Assembly: GCA_039545335.1 (NCBI GenBank)
Contig: BCIN01000002.1
Span: forward strand, 1,067,118 to 1,131,117
Length of the DNA stretch: 64,000 bases
DNA from: Kondoa subrosea
Lineage: Eukaryota
Reading direction: 5' to 3'
Shown here: one piece after another, positions 44,735 through 56,753 of the stretch
Position numbering within the stretch: the first letter of the stretch is position 1
How the letters are laid out: the number at the start of each line of letters is the position of its first letter
The notes under the pieces: generated by a model
Databases searched by the model: none
What the model was told of the DNA's origin: nothing
The model's input: the letters and a program-made list of their open reading frames with translations, nothing else
Made by a program: the position numbers and the translations under genes

Positions 44735-44857
44735 TGCCTCCAACCCGGTTTGAACGGGTGACCTTACGAACTTCAGTCGTACGCTCTCCCAACTCTGTAT
44801 CAATTATGAGCTTTCATTCGTGCAGGTGAGGTAAGGAGACGGACGAGCTATAGAGGC
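44735..44857 (-). tRNA. tRNA-Phe(GAA) copy B with a 50-nt GT-AG intron at 13/14 (exons 44857-44845 and 44794-44735)
   Basis: Exons identical to copy A. Intron 44795-44844 is identical at 49/50 nt (donor GTCCGT). Confidence 0.93.
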
Positions 44858-45677
44858 GATTACGTAAGCAAGACATAGGTTTGCGTGCGATGAATTGAGC
44901 AGATCACATAAGACATATAGACAGTACAAATGATATTTCTGTAAGACACATGGCCTTAGAATGACGGGCGTGGCATGAGAGCGTTCACTCTTGCTCCGTA
45001 CTTGTCGGCTGCAGCTGACTGCGAAGCCAATCGAGAATCTCGTGTCATCGCAACTCTTGTTCATCAGTGAAATCATCGCACCTTTGATTTGAAACCTTCA
45101 ATGTCAGTGCCTGCTCAGATCAAGCAAGAAGGTTGAGCAGATCATTGCGTGCATCATTCAAATCTGACACCGATGTCCAAACATAGCCAATGTCCACAGC
45201 CTTGTCAGCAGCAGCCGAGCATCGAAAGCTCTCAAAGATAGGCTCAAGAGTTCTCAGGCGGTTTCATGTAAGCCAAGTTACCTTGGTCGCTTACTTGTCT
45301 TCTTCTGCGGACAAGCATTCAGTGAGACCAACTCAGGCATCTTTTTGCTCACGAGTCAGCGGAATTTGTACCGGATACTAATTGAGACGTCGCGCAGACA
45401 AGATATAGAAGAGGGAGAAAGGAAGATATCCGACATGAGCAAGGAAGTTTGAAAAGGAAGGCACAGAGGAGGATGAAGAGGAGCAGATACACAACTAGAG
45501 AAGCCATATCGATCAGTCGAGGTAGTTGCATACCTCATGGAACGACAATAATCGAAAGCGCTGCGACTCATTAGGCCAGAAGTCATCATATAGAAAGGAA
45601 GGCTTTAGCTATCACTTTGACTGAGAAAATCGATCAGTATAAACCAAAGACGATGATACAGACTCACCAAAACACAA

Positions 45678-46707
45678 CTACTCTTGAGCACACAACCTTT
45701 TCAAAGTCACCTCAAACCGCTCGGGCTCTCTACCCAAATACCTCTTCAGCTCATCCGTCACCACACATGTCTCTCCTTGTCGAATAGCCGCGAAGCTTTC
45801 TGCCCAAAGAGGAGCTATTTCGCCTAGATTCTGCTTGACTTCTTCGCTATTGATGTATTCCTCCATAGAGACTTGCTTGATTTCGAACTTCCTTCCAAGG
45901 ACATTACTGACAATGTTTGCGGCTTCTTGTAGCGAAAGAGATTGTGGACCACTGAGAATGATCTTGTGGCCATTCCTGAATTCTTTGACATGTGTAGAAT
46001 AGCGGAATAAGATGTTGGCTGTAGCTTCTCCCAGTTCAGGTCTGTGAACAAAAGCAACGCCCGGCCCACTTCCATCATGCGGAATTCGGATGTCTGTTGA
46101 TTGTGACTTGGGAGAGATGAAACCTAGATACATGGAAAGAGCTGAGCTTGAGTAGAGACCATGGCGGATTATCATATAAGAGAAGTCGGCATTTGTAGAT
46201 GCGATGCGAGCAAGATAAGTCTCAGTATTGATGTGGGCGCGCATCACAGCTGCCACGGTAGTATCGCCATAACCAGCATATGCGAGTGAAGAGTAGACGA
46301 TCTGCAAGCTGGGCATGAGTCTATGCAGAGGGAAGCAACGCATTGCGCTCACTGTCTTGACACCTTGAGCTACGGCAGCATCGATGGCTTGAATGTGCAA
46401 TTTGGTTCTAGCGTCCCTCGTTCAGTATTGACCGAGGTCTAAGACACTAGAAGCACCTCAGATCCACATCGAACGAAGGGTACGAGATGAGATTGAGCAC
46501 ATCGATCCCCTTGAAGACACCTTCCAAACTAGCAGCATCTTCGAAATCGCCTTTGCGGACGATAGCACCCTTCTCAGCTTGTTCTTTGAGTTTGTCGGGA
46601 GTTCGAGCGATCAGAACTACCTTCGATGGTTCGGTAAGGATTAAGAGATGCTGTAAAGTCAGATTGCCGACATTGCCAGCGGCTGGAAAGATACCAATCG
46701 TTGCCAT
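45678..46707 (-). CDS. NmrA-like NAD(P)-binding atypical SDR, multi-exon
   Basis: MATIGIFPAAGNVG, VRKGDFEDAASL..VFKGIDVLNLIS, AIDAAVAQGVK, YSSLAY, IIRHGLYS, VHRPELGEATA, LSGPQSLSLQE. Confidence 0.85.
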
Positions 46708-47707
46708 GATAATCTTGTCGTTTATGAGCAAGGACAAGAGGGCACAAAAGGAAAACAGAAATTGCAAAGCGCGTATTACTAAGTGTCACTACTAAGCAGA
46801 GATCAACGAATTCTTCCTGCCTATGACTGAGCAACATCAAGTGGGCAAAGCAGTCCACACAATGAGTCACCAGAGACAGAGATGTTCTGCCAGGATTGTC
46901 ATTCATGGCTTTGCAGCGACGAAAATGAATATGCGATGAGATCGAAAAATGCGGGAAGAAATCCTGGTGCAGAGTTGCGGGACTAAAGGTTGAGAGCGCA
47001 GGCAGAAATGTGAGCGTGCCACAGACAATGCCAGCACTTAAGATGAGATTTGGGCCTCTTCGACGCCGTTTGCGGAAAACGCGAAGACAGGTCGTTTCTG
47101 GACTAGCGATGCTGCGATTATGGCAATGTACACTCTTGCAACCGTATCAGGTCCTCTCAGCAGCTTCAATTCGCCCGCTGCATCTCTATTCTTGCGGAGC
47201 TCGTCTCACTTCATGATTTCAGCAAACCTCATGAGTCTATTGTTTCATTGCCCTGTGTCCCTCGGCTTCATCTCTAGGGATCTCTCTCTGCAGCTTCTGT
47301 AACAACCTAAACTTCGCGCGAACCTTCCTTTGAAGCTGCGAAGGGCGACTGGCACTCTTTTTTGGCTTCGGTACTACATTTCCCCAAGCAAATAAAGCTC
47401 GGCAGTCAGCCTTTATTGATGATGTTCTCGTCGTGCCCTCTCTTATCCATGAGCTGTTTGCATCCCTGATCAGGCTTTCTCTTCTCTGCCCCGCCGTCGT
47501 TCAAATGTCCGACAGAAATTAGTAAAGTACGGGCAGAAGAGCAAAGGAAAAAGCAAAGACAGGAGAAGAAGGCGAAGATAAACGGATCGCTATCTTCAAC
47601 ACGATTACCAATTGAAGGGGTAAGATTGCAAATGAACGTATGGCAAACGAATCGGATTACATGCGATAAATATGAGTGAATATGAATATGAGGAGGTAGC
47701 TCATTGC

Positions 47708-50568
47708 TTATGGGTAGCACTATTCCCAAACATTGAGTACAATGGAAAATTGGCAAGTCAGAACGCTTACAGAAAATCTTGGATCAGCGGCTCCCTTCCA
47801 GCCTATGCACTTGAAACAATTGAGCAGCTTCTTTGGATCGTATTTGGCCTTGAGGGCGACGAGCTTTTCGTAGGTAGATTTGTCCCAGAAAGTGCTTTCG
47901 TAATTGGGTTCATCGAAGTATGACTGCACAAAACTATCAGAATCGAGCACAGATGGTATATTCGGAAGCACGAACCTCGTTGATGTAACTGTTACCGTCT
48001 GGCTTGAGCTGCCTGAGGATGTCGACGGCCTTGTTCAAGGCATCGAGACGACCTTTCTTGTATTCCAAAGTTGAGTTAGCAGACCAAGCTGCTGACACCA
48101 TTAGACCTACACAACAGAGTGAGATAGATACTGACCAACACCACCCCATGAGTGAATGACGGTCTTTCTCCATGATTTGGGCTCTGAAGTTTGACCAGTG
48201 TATGGCGTTCTGACCGGGCCGACTAAGCAGAGTTGTAGAACTGGAAGCACGATAGTTAGCTTTGCACAAAGGGAGATAAGACCGAGACCTACTTGGCCCA
48301 TACACTTCATCAGTAGGCTTGGCTGGGTTGAGTGCAAGCATGTAGTCTTGGTAAGCCCTAGTACAAATATCAGCGGCAGACAATCCAATAGATCAGGACA
48401 GACTCACTTGACGGTCTTGTTGACCATGTCTGGCGCCCAAAGTTCTTGAGTCATCAATCTTGAACCAGCGACAGCAGGTTGGGCAATAGGTCTGTATAAG
48501 ACATGAGCTGGGTTATGCTAGAGCATAAGAAGGACACTTTCGCAGCTTCGCCAGAACTTCCTACCAGGTAGTTTGTGACTGTGAAACAAAGTCAGACGAA
48601 GTGAAGAAGGAACAGACATTAACTGACAAGCTTCATAGAAAGTCTTGACAGGGAATACGCCATTTGCGACGATCTGTTCCTTGGGGAATGTAGCAGCCCA
48701 ATCGGTGATGGGTTTGACGTCTTTAGCGGCATCTTCGTTGCTCAAAAGTGGGTTGACCAAGATGATGGCAGACATTTCTCCAACTCTTGGAGTTATAGCA
48801 AGGTAGCCACCCCATCCTATTGAGACACAAGCGAAATAAGGAAGCTGCTGAGAAAGAGACTTTGGACATATGTACCGGTAGATTGTAGAGCAAGCGAGCG
48901 ACCAACAGTCAGCTCAACGAATTCGAGTGCGCTGCGGAAAAGATCAGTAAACGCTCCGTCGTATCATACGATTGCTCACCTGTCGACAGTAGGTGTCATG
49001 CTTGAAGACAAATAAGGAAATAGCTTTGCAGACTTGATTTGGGACTCACATTCCAACGAAAGCAACTTGAAGAGGCATAGGTGGGTGAGTGATGTGCGTA
49101 GACTCAAGTACAACTCCGACAGTGTTAGGTCCTTATCATGGTATAATCAGCTTTTTGCAGATTGCCTCAGAAGTGAAGAAGCTCACCTCCACCTGCAAGA
49201 GCGAAGAAGACATCTATGTTCTGGCATCGAGAAGCGGTAAGAAGACCTTTGCTCGGTGTGGCGACCTTGAATTCGATACTAAAAAGGATTGAAAACCTTC
49301 AGGCAAAAGACGAGGAAAAAAATTGATTGCCTTACACATTATCGACACCCAGACCAAGATGACTCGATAACGCTGAGTGACCTCCAGCCATAATCCATCC
49401 TCCTCTGCAAGAATATGATCAACGTCTGAAACGGACGGCGGGCGAAATCAAACGAACGACATTCCAACAGTTGAAGAAGATCCTCCAACGACGGTGAAGT
49501 TGTTCTGATCAGCGTATTTGAAGACTTCGCCGACTGCAAAGTTACGTAGAGTCAGATAATGATGCTTGTTTTCTCAAGCTCGTGGCTCACATTGCTGACC
49601 GGCACCGACTGTTATAGCTGGGAAGGTCTGATTGCATCCAGCTGCCATGTAAGAATCGGTGTGATTCATGGCGCGCAAATTGTGAGTCCAGACACCAAGG
49701 GAACCTGGAGCACTTGATCGACCTTGGTAATCGTGACCTGCGAAACGAAAGTCAAAACATTGTATTGTTGTGGGAGAATGATCACTGACCAGTGTTCTTG
49801 ACATTAAGCGGGACACCAGTCTTTTCCGAGAAAGCATAAGCAGCCATAACATCTGAAGATTTTTGCACGTCGATCTGCGCAATAATGTAAGTGTCAAGAA
49901 CGGAAGAATAAACCATAGTTCGCAAGCGCACATAGTATGCTGATACAGCGCCTGGTGAACTATGTCAGACAATTCCTCAGCGGAAAGAATTTGCTATCCC
50001 ACCTAAACTGCAGGCACCAGCAGTTGTTGTGGTGTCATTGGGGTTGACATAGTTGAGAATACATTGCTCGCTCTTGCTGATACATCCGCTCCATTGCGAC
50101 TCAGCGTAACCACCAATAGAACCAGATTGGAAAGCTACATTAAAAGGTCTGAGTATGGGAACAGAATTGCATTGAGGTCAGAAACTCACTGTCTATCGAC
50201 CAATTCTGACGAGCTACAGCACATTGCTGAGCATCATACTTTGGTGTTGAAGCAAAACCTTGTCCAAAATCTTTGAAGCAAGGCGCAGCGACAGGTTCTC
50301 CAGCATACAGACGACCTTCGACTGTCTTGTTCAGCTGATCCCATTGAGATTTGCTGACTTGAGAAATAGGTGTGCCGTTAGCGGGAGGTGCAGGGCCAGT
50401 ACCTGGCACAGTTCCTCCAGGCGGAGAAACTGGTCCGCCTGCTCCAGGAGGTGGACTTGGGGCAGCATAAAAGGAATCAGGCATGAGGTTGACGTCGGCG
50501 CCCATATCGAAAGATGGCGCCGCATTTGCAGAAAGAAGAGTAGCTACCAAAAGTGTCGATACGAACAT
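47708..50568 (-). CDS. secreted FAD-linked oxidase, berberine bridge enzyme-like, many exons
   Basis: Signal peptide MFVSTLLVATLLSANA, Pro-rich linker, VKNTG|HDYQGRSSAPGSLGVWTHNL (covalent-FAD His), GWIMAGGHSALS...GVD, C-terminal BBE motif YINE...FW...LKAKYDP..LLNCFKCIG. Confidence 0.88.
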
Positions 50569-51580
50569 TTTTGGCAAGAAAAGTCTTAGGGAAAGAAAAG
50601 AGAGACGAGGAGCTGGAGGAAAAGCTAAGGGAAGCTTATTACGCCGTTGCCACAGATTGATAAGGCCATAAGGCTCGGCTGATTGCGCCGCAAATATAAA
50701 TGCAAGTCTAATAACGCCAGAAGATTGGCATAAATGCATCGATAGAAATGCATCGACCTTCGCAAGAAGACAAAGAGATTCAACGTCATAAGCGAGTCAT
50801 AGGAGCAGAGCATGTGTTGAGCAGCGGAGCGGACTTGTGGGAAACGTGAAAGCATAGATGACTGAATTTGCATGGATGACCCGTTTTCTCGGAAACTGCT
50901 GACCCTCAATCACTAGGTATAACCGCCTAATACCCTACGCTTGCTTGTGGATTGTCCGACATCGTAATTATGGACCTTTGCTTGAGAAAAAAGTAGCATG
51001 ATCCATACTCAAATTGATGTGCATTCGATCTTGCAGAGACAGCTATAAAGTGAAGAAAACAGTACTCCTTGAATAGACCAGGTGCATCGTTCTCGATTCG
51101 GTGCTCTGCGCTTAAAAAGAAGCAAGCCAAAGGTATATTGTAGCAATTTGCTTGCCCGGTAAGAATCGTTAAGAATAATGGACCAGAAGTAGCGAACGGC
51201 GTCGGGAGCAGAATAGTCACAAGGCCGAAAGCTGGTGAAGGCATAGCAGCTCGCAGAGGTATCTTTCCATGTATTTTGCGGACATCGTTGATGCTCTACA
51301 ACATGAACAGTTTGAGGTTGACGTTGCGGTCGGCAATCTCTCGCTTCCTAATTATCTCCTCAGCACGACTTCTCGGCTGTACAAGCTTGTGTATCGTGTC
51401 GGAAAGAATGCTCTTGTTGCAATGTCTGCTTCTATATCTTGTTTGACTCCCTTTGTTCATCTTCTGTTTCCCTGTACGCACTGAACGCCCCTGATCTTCT
51501 GCCAATTGCACGACATTGTCCGTGATGTGTTCGCGAAGCGGAAGCCGTCTCTTCTATTAGCCATCTAGCATTCAGCTATC

Positions 51581-53077
51581 ATGCATCGGATCTCCCTGTG
51601 TCTTTCGCTATTGCTGGCTAGCGTCAGAGCAGCTTCTCTACTTAATGCTACAGCAGAGTTCAGAAGTTACGAAGCCGGAGCGACTTTGGAAAACTCCACG
51701 GCACAAGGTAATCCGCATTGTATCATTGCCTCAACGCATCTGACACAGTCATAGGCAGTGTATCTTTTCTCTGGACTCCACCAACAGGTAAATCAAACAA
51801 GACAAAGCCAAGATGCACACTTCTGACTTTGGTTCTAAGGTGTTGCCATAGTCTTGACAGTCGCTAAAGGTCTCAACAACCTTACTGACAAGTATCCTTG
51901 GCACATACATTCAAAAGTCGTACCAGGAGCTACAGCAGTTGGTGTTGATCCCTGTTCGCAATTGGGTGACAAGCGTATGTTCACTGTTGAAAGATTTCGC
52001 AAAGCTGAATATTCTAGTAGTCAATCCCTCTGGCACGGCTGCTGTTTGCGATCCCAACACACCAGGAAAGTGTATCATGGGAGATCTGGGCGCAAAATTC
52101 GGCCCTTTGCCTGGCAATCGATTAGGTAGAATCAGTGAGTCTGTCGCACAATCTTCTTTTGAGTACTCCATTGATAGCTCTCAGGTGATTTTTATATCGA
52201 TGAGTGAGTCTTCTGTCGTTCCCCACGTACATGTCTGATGTGCTTTGAAGCACTTTGCGCTTTTGGCCACAGGATTTCAGTCTGCTTGGAAGAAGCTTCG
52301 CGATTCATCAGCCTGATGGATCGCCTTTCGCATGCGGTTAGCAATCTTCTCCTACAGTCGTGTTAACCTAAAGCTAATTTGACACGAAGGCAACATCACT
52401 TCAGTCGGCCTAATCTCGTCTCGATGAAGAAGGCGCTAATTACAATATTTACAGCTTATTGATGGGACGATGAAAGCCGACGGTACCTCTTCTGAAGTAG
52501 TCAGCACTTATCAAACCTGTAAGCTAAATCTTTCCTTCCGCATCAATTGGCCCTAATCTCGGTCTCACCTTTTAAGACCCTGATCTCTCCTATGCTGCAC
52601 CGACTGGCGACCCACCCACTTTACCAAGTCTATTTGATATGCCAGATGTGGTGTTGAACATCGTGGACGGAACAAGAACGATCACAGCTGCTTCACCTGC
52701 ATTTACTTATTTCGCTGGATTAGGTAGTGCAGATCTGCCTAAGAGCGGTAACAAGTCAGTACTCTTGACTCCTGTTGATGTAGGTTGATATTTGTAATAG
52801 GGCTGGAGCACTCGTTGCTGCTGTCATTCAGGGAATTTCTGCTCCTGATACAATCGACAAGCCGAAACAAGGCGCTAGCTCGATTGGTGATGCATCAAAA
52901 ATGGCCAAGAAAAGCGTTGCAGCAAGTGGAACGAGTGCACCGTTGGCTGACTCGACCGAAGGCGTAGTTAGAGACCCGACCAGGCAAACGCTCAACACTT
53001 CTGCCGCTTTTTTCCTGTCTATCTCTTCAGTATCAATATCAATTTTGGCAATGACTGCAGGTTTCTTAGTCGTTTGA
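51581..53077 (+). CDS. secreted GPI-anchored Cu/Zn-SOD-fold protein (Cu-only SOD-like), multi-exon
   Basis: Signal peptide, YPWHIH, CIMGDLGAKFG, LLGRSFAIH..DGSPFACG|NI, S/T-rich stalk, hydrophobic C-terminus AAFFLSISSVSISILAMTAGFLVV*. Confidence 0.75.
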
Positions 53078-53246
53078 TTGCTAACAGCGGGTTCGTCATG
53101 GTCAGGGGCGGAATTCATGTTTCAATAGGTATGGAATGGAATGTATCGGTCATAGCAATGCAAATATATGTGTGTTACAACATGACTTCTATCTCTACAC
53201 TGTACAACCTTATGCAACTGAAATGTCCTGAATATAAACATCTGCA

Positions 53247-56200
53247 TCAGCTTTCCGACAACTGGAAATAACTTGAAGCGAATAACGCTTCATGCTGTAG
53301 CTGATCCCGTACGACAGCCCAAACGTGAAGGAACAGATGAGGAAAGCGCTGCGTGAAGTAAGAGAGGAAATCTTCGGGCGGTGAACCAAGGCTCTTGCGA
53401 ACATTTTCCGGCAGATCCAGAAAATGATGTTTCTAAATAGAGTCAAATGTCAGCGACGCACTCCAGAGGAGGAAAGATCTGACCTTGTTCCGTATTACTC
53501 TTAACAAGTCACGCACAGATGTGCCATCGTACTTTCGATATTTCCCTAGATTTTCAACCAAGCTCTTATCTAGCCGCTTCAACCAGTCATTGCCGACCAC
53601 TGTACAAGAAGACTCCAGCTGGACAAGAACGTCGTCCGGCGGATCTCGCTCCATGATTTCGAATCGGTCACTTGCCTCACAGAGGAAATTGAGACGTAAA
53701 GTAGGAGTCCAGAAGAATGGATGCAAGATTACCGCTTCAGCCGTTGGCCTAAACGAAACATCACAAATATTTCATACAATACTCTTGAGCAGACTCACCT
53801 CAAGGTAGGATCATCTTGGATCATTGAGTCAATCATGCTTTGCGCTTCATGTGCTTCTTCACCGAGATTATCCAGCTTGACGAGACATGATTGTTTATTA
53901 AGGATATTCATCTCTCTCTCGTATTTTGACCCGAAAGGATGTTCTCCGGATGTCAGCACATAGTAGAAGATACAACCCAGAGAGAAAATATCGAGCGATC
54001 TTGTTAAGCGCTTGGTTGCTATCACAGACTTTCCAGCACTTCCTGTATCCAGTAGAGAGCTCTTCGTACTACTAGAAGGACTGATTGAGGGTTCATTCGG
54101 GTTCACTTCGCCTCTCAGCACTTCCGGCGCTCGATAGCCAAAGGAACCTGCCGCATGATTTACTGTTTGCTGAAAACTTGACTCGTCGAACTCTAATTTC
54201 CGACATAGCCCAAAATCGGAGATAAGCATCCGAACAGCTGGAGCACCTGCAACTTCGCCTTTCTTGCGCAAAGGCGGATTGAGGCTGACTAAGATGTTTT
54301 GAGGTTTGATATCGCGATGAACGATCTTGAGGCGGTGAAGATGTGCCAACCCAGAAGCGATCTGCTTCAACGCTCGTTTCGGTTCGAAGCCAGCCACTAA
54401 TTCTGGCCAATTCGAAGGTGATTCAATGAGGTCTGCCAAGGAAGCTGGACAGAGTTCAAGAGCGATGTAGAGGAAATTGTCGCGCTGTTCTTTGCAAAAG
54501 TAGCGAATGACATTCGGATGCTCGTCACTTTCTTGTAGAAGAGATACTTCATGAGTTGCTATCGTAGTAAAGTGCTTGAGCAACCGCTTGACCGCAACAG
54601 CACGACCTTGAAAAGCGCCTTTGAGCACAACTGTGCCGTGTGATCCGTAGCCTGTGATACACAAGCATCAAAGACACCATAACGGTGGTAAAAGATGATC
54701 GACTAACCTAATATCGCGTCTGAAACAGACAATGATCCAACCTTAACATTAGGACTAGGTTTAATAATTGCTCCTTCTTCTGGCAAAGCGCCATCATGTT
54801 TTGCACCATCCAGTTCAAACCCGTTCCGTTGACTAGGTTTTTTCCCTCGTTTTCTTCTAGTTCGTTTCTTCTTCAATGGCGATGATCCGTCAACCTCGTC
54901 GACATCATCTTCGTTAGCTGTATCGTCATCTCTAGAATTGTCTGTCTTGTCTGTTTCTGCTGGCACAGGTGGAAGTTCTTTATTGAAGCGAATCAAAGGT
55001 GCAGAAGAGGAGGATTCATTTTGTTGAGGTCCAACTTCTTTGTGATCTAATGTGGGGGTGACAGGGTTGGGCTTAATTGTATTGTTTGTGCTTGGCGAGT
55101 TGCGCGGCTTCAGCTTTAGCTTGAAAAGAGTATAGCAGAGTACAGATATGAGACAAATCAGCACAGGTAAAGTGCTAGGTTTGAGTAGATCAGCGATAGC
55201 TGGGGAGAATGTAGATAGACCAGTTTCATAAGAAGTTGATTGTTCTGGCAAACCAGGTCTCGATGTTATTGGAGGATCAATACCCATACGTGGAGGAAGA
55301 GGGGAAGGTTCGACAGGATCTAAGAGGTTCAAAGGTGACGTGACTTCTTCTATTCCGTCTTCCAGATCATGCAAACCCAGTAAGCAATCACTTCCTTCTT
55401 TACAGCTTGAAGGAGCTTCGCGGGATTGTGAAATAGCTACCAAAGGGAATTGATGTTTGCTCATAGCGTACAAAGCGCCACCTTGATGTTTAGATAATTG
55501 ACCGATAAAAGCAATATCAGGTAAAGACTGCAATACTTTCAGACCGGCTGGAATTCGGTCGACTTGACCCATCGTAGGTTGCTTTAAAAGCATAGGTTGT
55601 GCTTGAGCAACATCTTGATTGCGTAGTAGATCGTAAGCGATGTCAAAAACGCCAACAACCGGCGAAGCGAAAGGATTTATTGAAGACCACTGAATTGCTG
55701 TTTCGCCCGCTCGGAAACAGATCAATGAACCATCCGACGTCGGCTGGAAATATCTGTCATCAGGAGTTCGCAGATATGAGGCTTGTTGGGAGCTTGATGA
55801 TATGGATGAAGGATGGAAAGAGGTGTAGGAAAGGCTTTGAATCAGATTGCCGGTGTTCTTGGCCAGAATGGACAGCTGATACTCTGCAGAGTGTGAAAAC
55901 TTAGTGCACGTCCAATATCATGTATGCTACCAAACACACCTGTTCTACCCAGATACAGCAAATCTCTTGGCCTAGATTGTATCCCTTCTTCGCTCTCCGA
56001 GTCTATCATTCCCTTTCTGTTGCTTTGCCATTCGCACCAACCAGCTTCGGGACCAAAGACACCGGCCAATTTGCCTGTTGCAAGATCCACGCCAACCAGA
56101 GAAGTAGTCTTTTGACTGACAAACATGCGAGAATCGTCTCCAGGGAAAGTGAAAGGTGAAAGATTGACTAATTCAGCGATCGACAGGGGCAGTTTGGTAG

Positions 56201-56753
56201 TGCTTTGCTTAGAGCGAGAGTAGACAAAGATAGAACCACCTTCAGCAGGTTCTAAGATGTAAACTTCGTCTGATTGATCCAAATCAGGTGCCGTTATTTG
56301 TGATGACAAGTCTTTGGAGTGATTGCGCTCTACTTTGACAGTAGTTGAGGAAGAAGATGTCGCAGGATATTGCGAACTGGAATTGACCAAAGGTTGAGAA
56401 ATCACATTATCGGTGCCGGAGCTTGTGTCATGCAAAGACCAGACCCATTGACCCGTTGTACGCTTGACTGCATGCAATTCGCCGTCTACAGTCAATACCA
56501 AAGCTATATCTCTCAACTCCCAGTCGTGATTCGAGGCATGGAACACAGGTTCAGAAGCGAGGCCGCTGTTTACGACAGCTCTTGCTTGATACAGATCTTT
56601 CAGTTGGCCATCTAAGTCAGCCAGAGCTCTTCGACGTTGTGTTCTCGCTTCCAATGCTTTGCTATTGTCTGCACTTTTGACCAAACGGAGGAAGCATAAG
56701 ATCAGCAGGAATATGTTAAATTTGCCATGGGTATAGCCAGAATATACAGGCAT
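53247..56753 (-). CDS. IRE1: ER stress sensor kinase/endoribonuclease Ire1, multi-exon
   Basis: Signal peptide, lumenal domain (TVDGELHAV, LPLSIAELVNLSPF), TM segment, kinase (GYGSHGTVV, LQESDEHPNVIRYF, HRDIKPQNIL, MLISDFGLCRKL), KEN RNase (HPFFW, GKYRKYDG..VRDLLRVIRNK|KHHF). Confidence 0.96.

Larger units (their letters stand above)
43736..45719 (-). repeat. ~2 kb inverted segmental duplication, copy B (pairs with 31268-33262)
   Basis: Reverse-complement colinearity with copy A, including the TMA22 3' exons, tRNA-Phe and the NmrA 3' end. Confidence 0.95.

Noticed and set aside
31268..45719. Composite transposon (TIRs around cargo) or a hairpin-RNA source feeding Argonaute
   Set aside because: The repeats are host gene fragments, with no transposase or target-site duplication seen. 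The arms are 10.5 kb apart with genes on both strands between them, so one fold-back transcript is implausible.
53247..56753. Functional link between IRE1 (non-spliceosomal splicing using tRNA ligase) and the unusual tRNA intron
   Set aside because: About 8 kb away with unrelated genes between, and the tRNA intron has spliceosomal signals rather than Ire1 stem-loops. Treated as coincidence.
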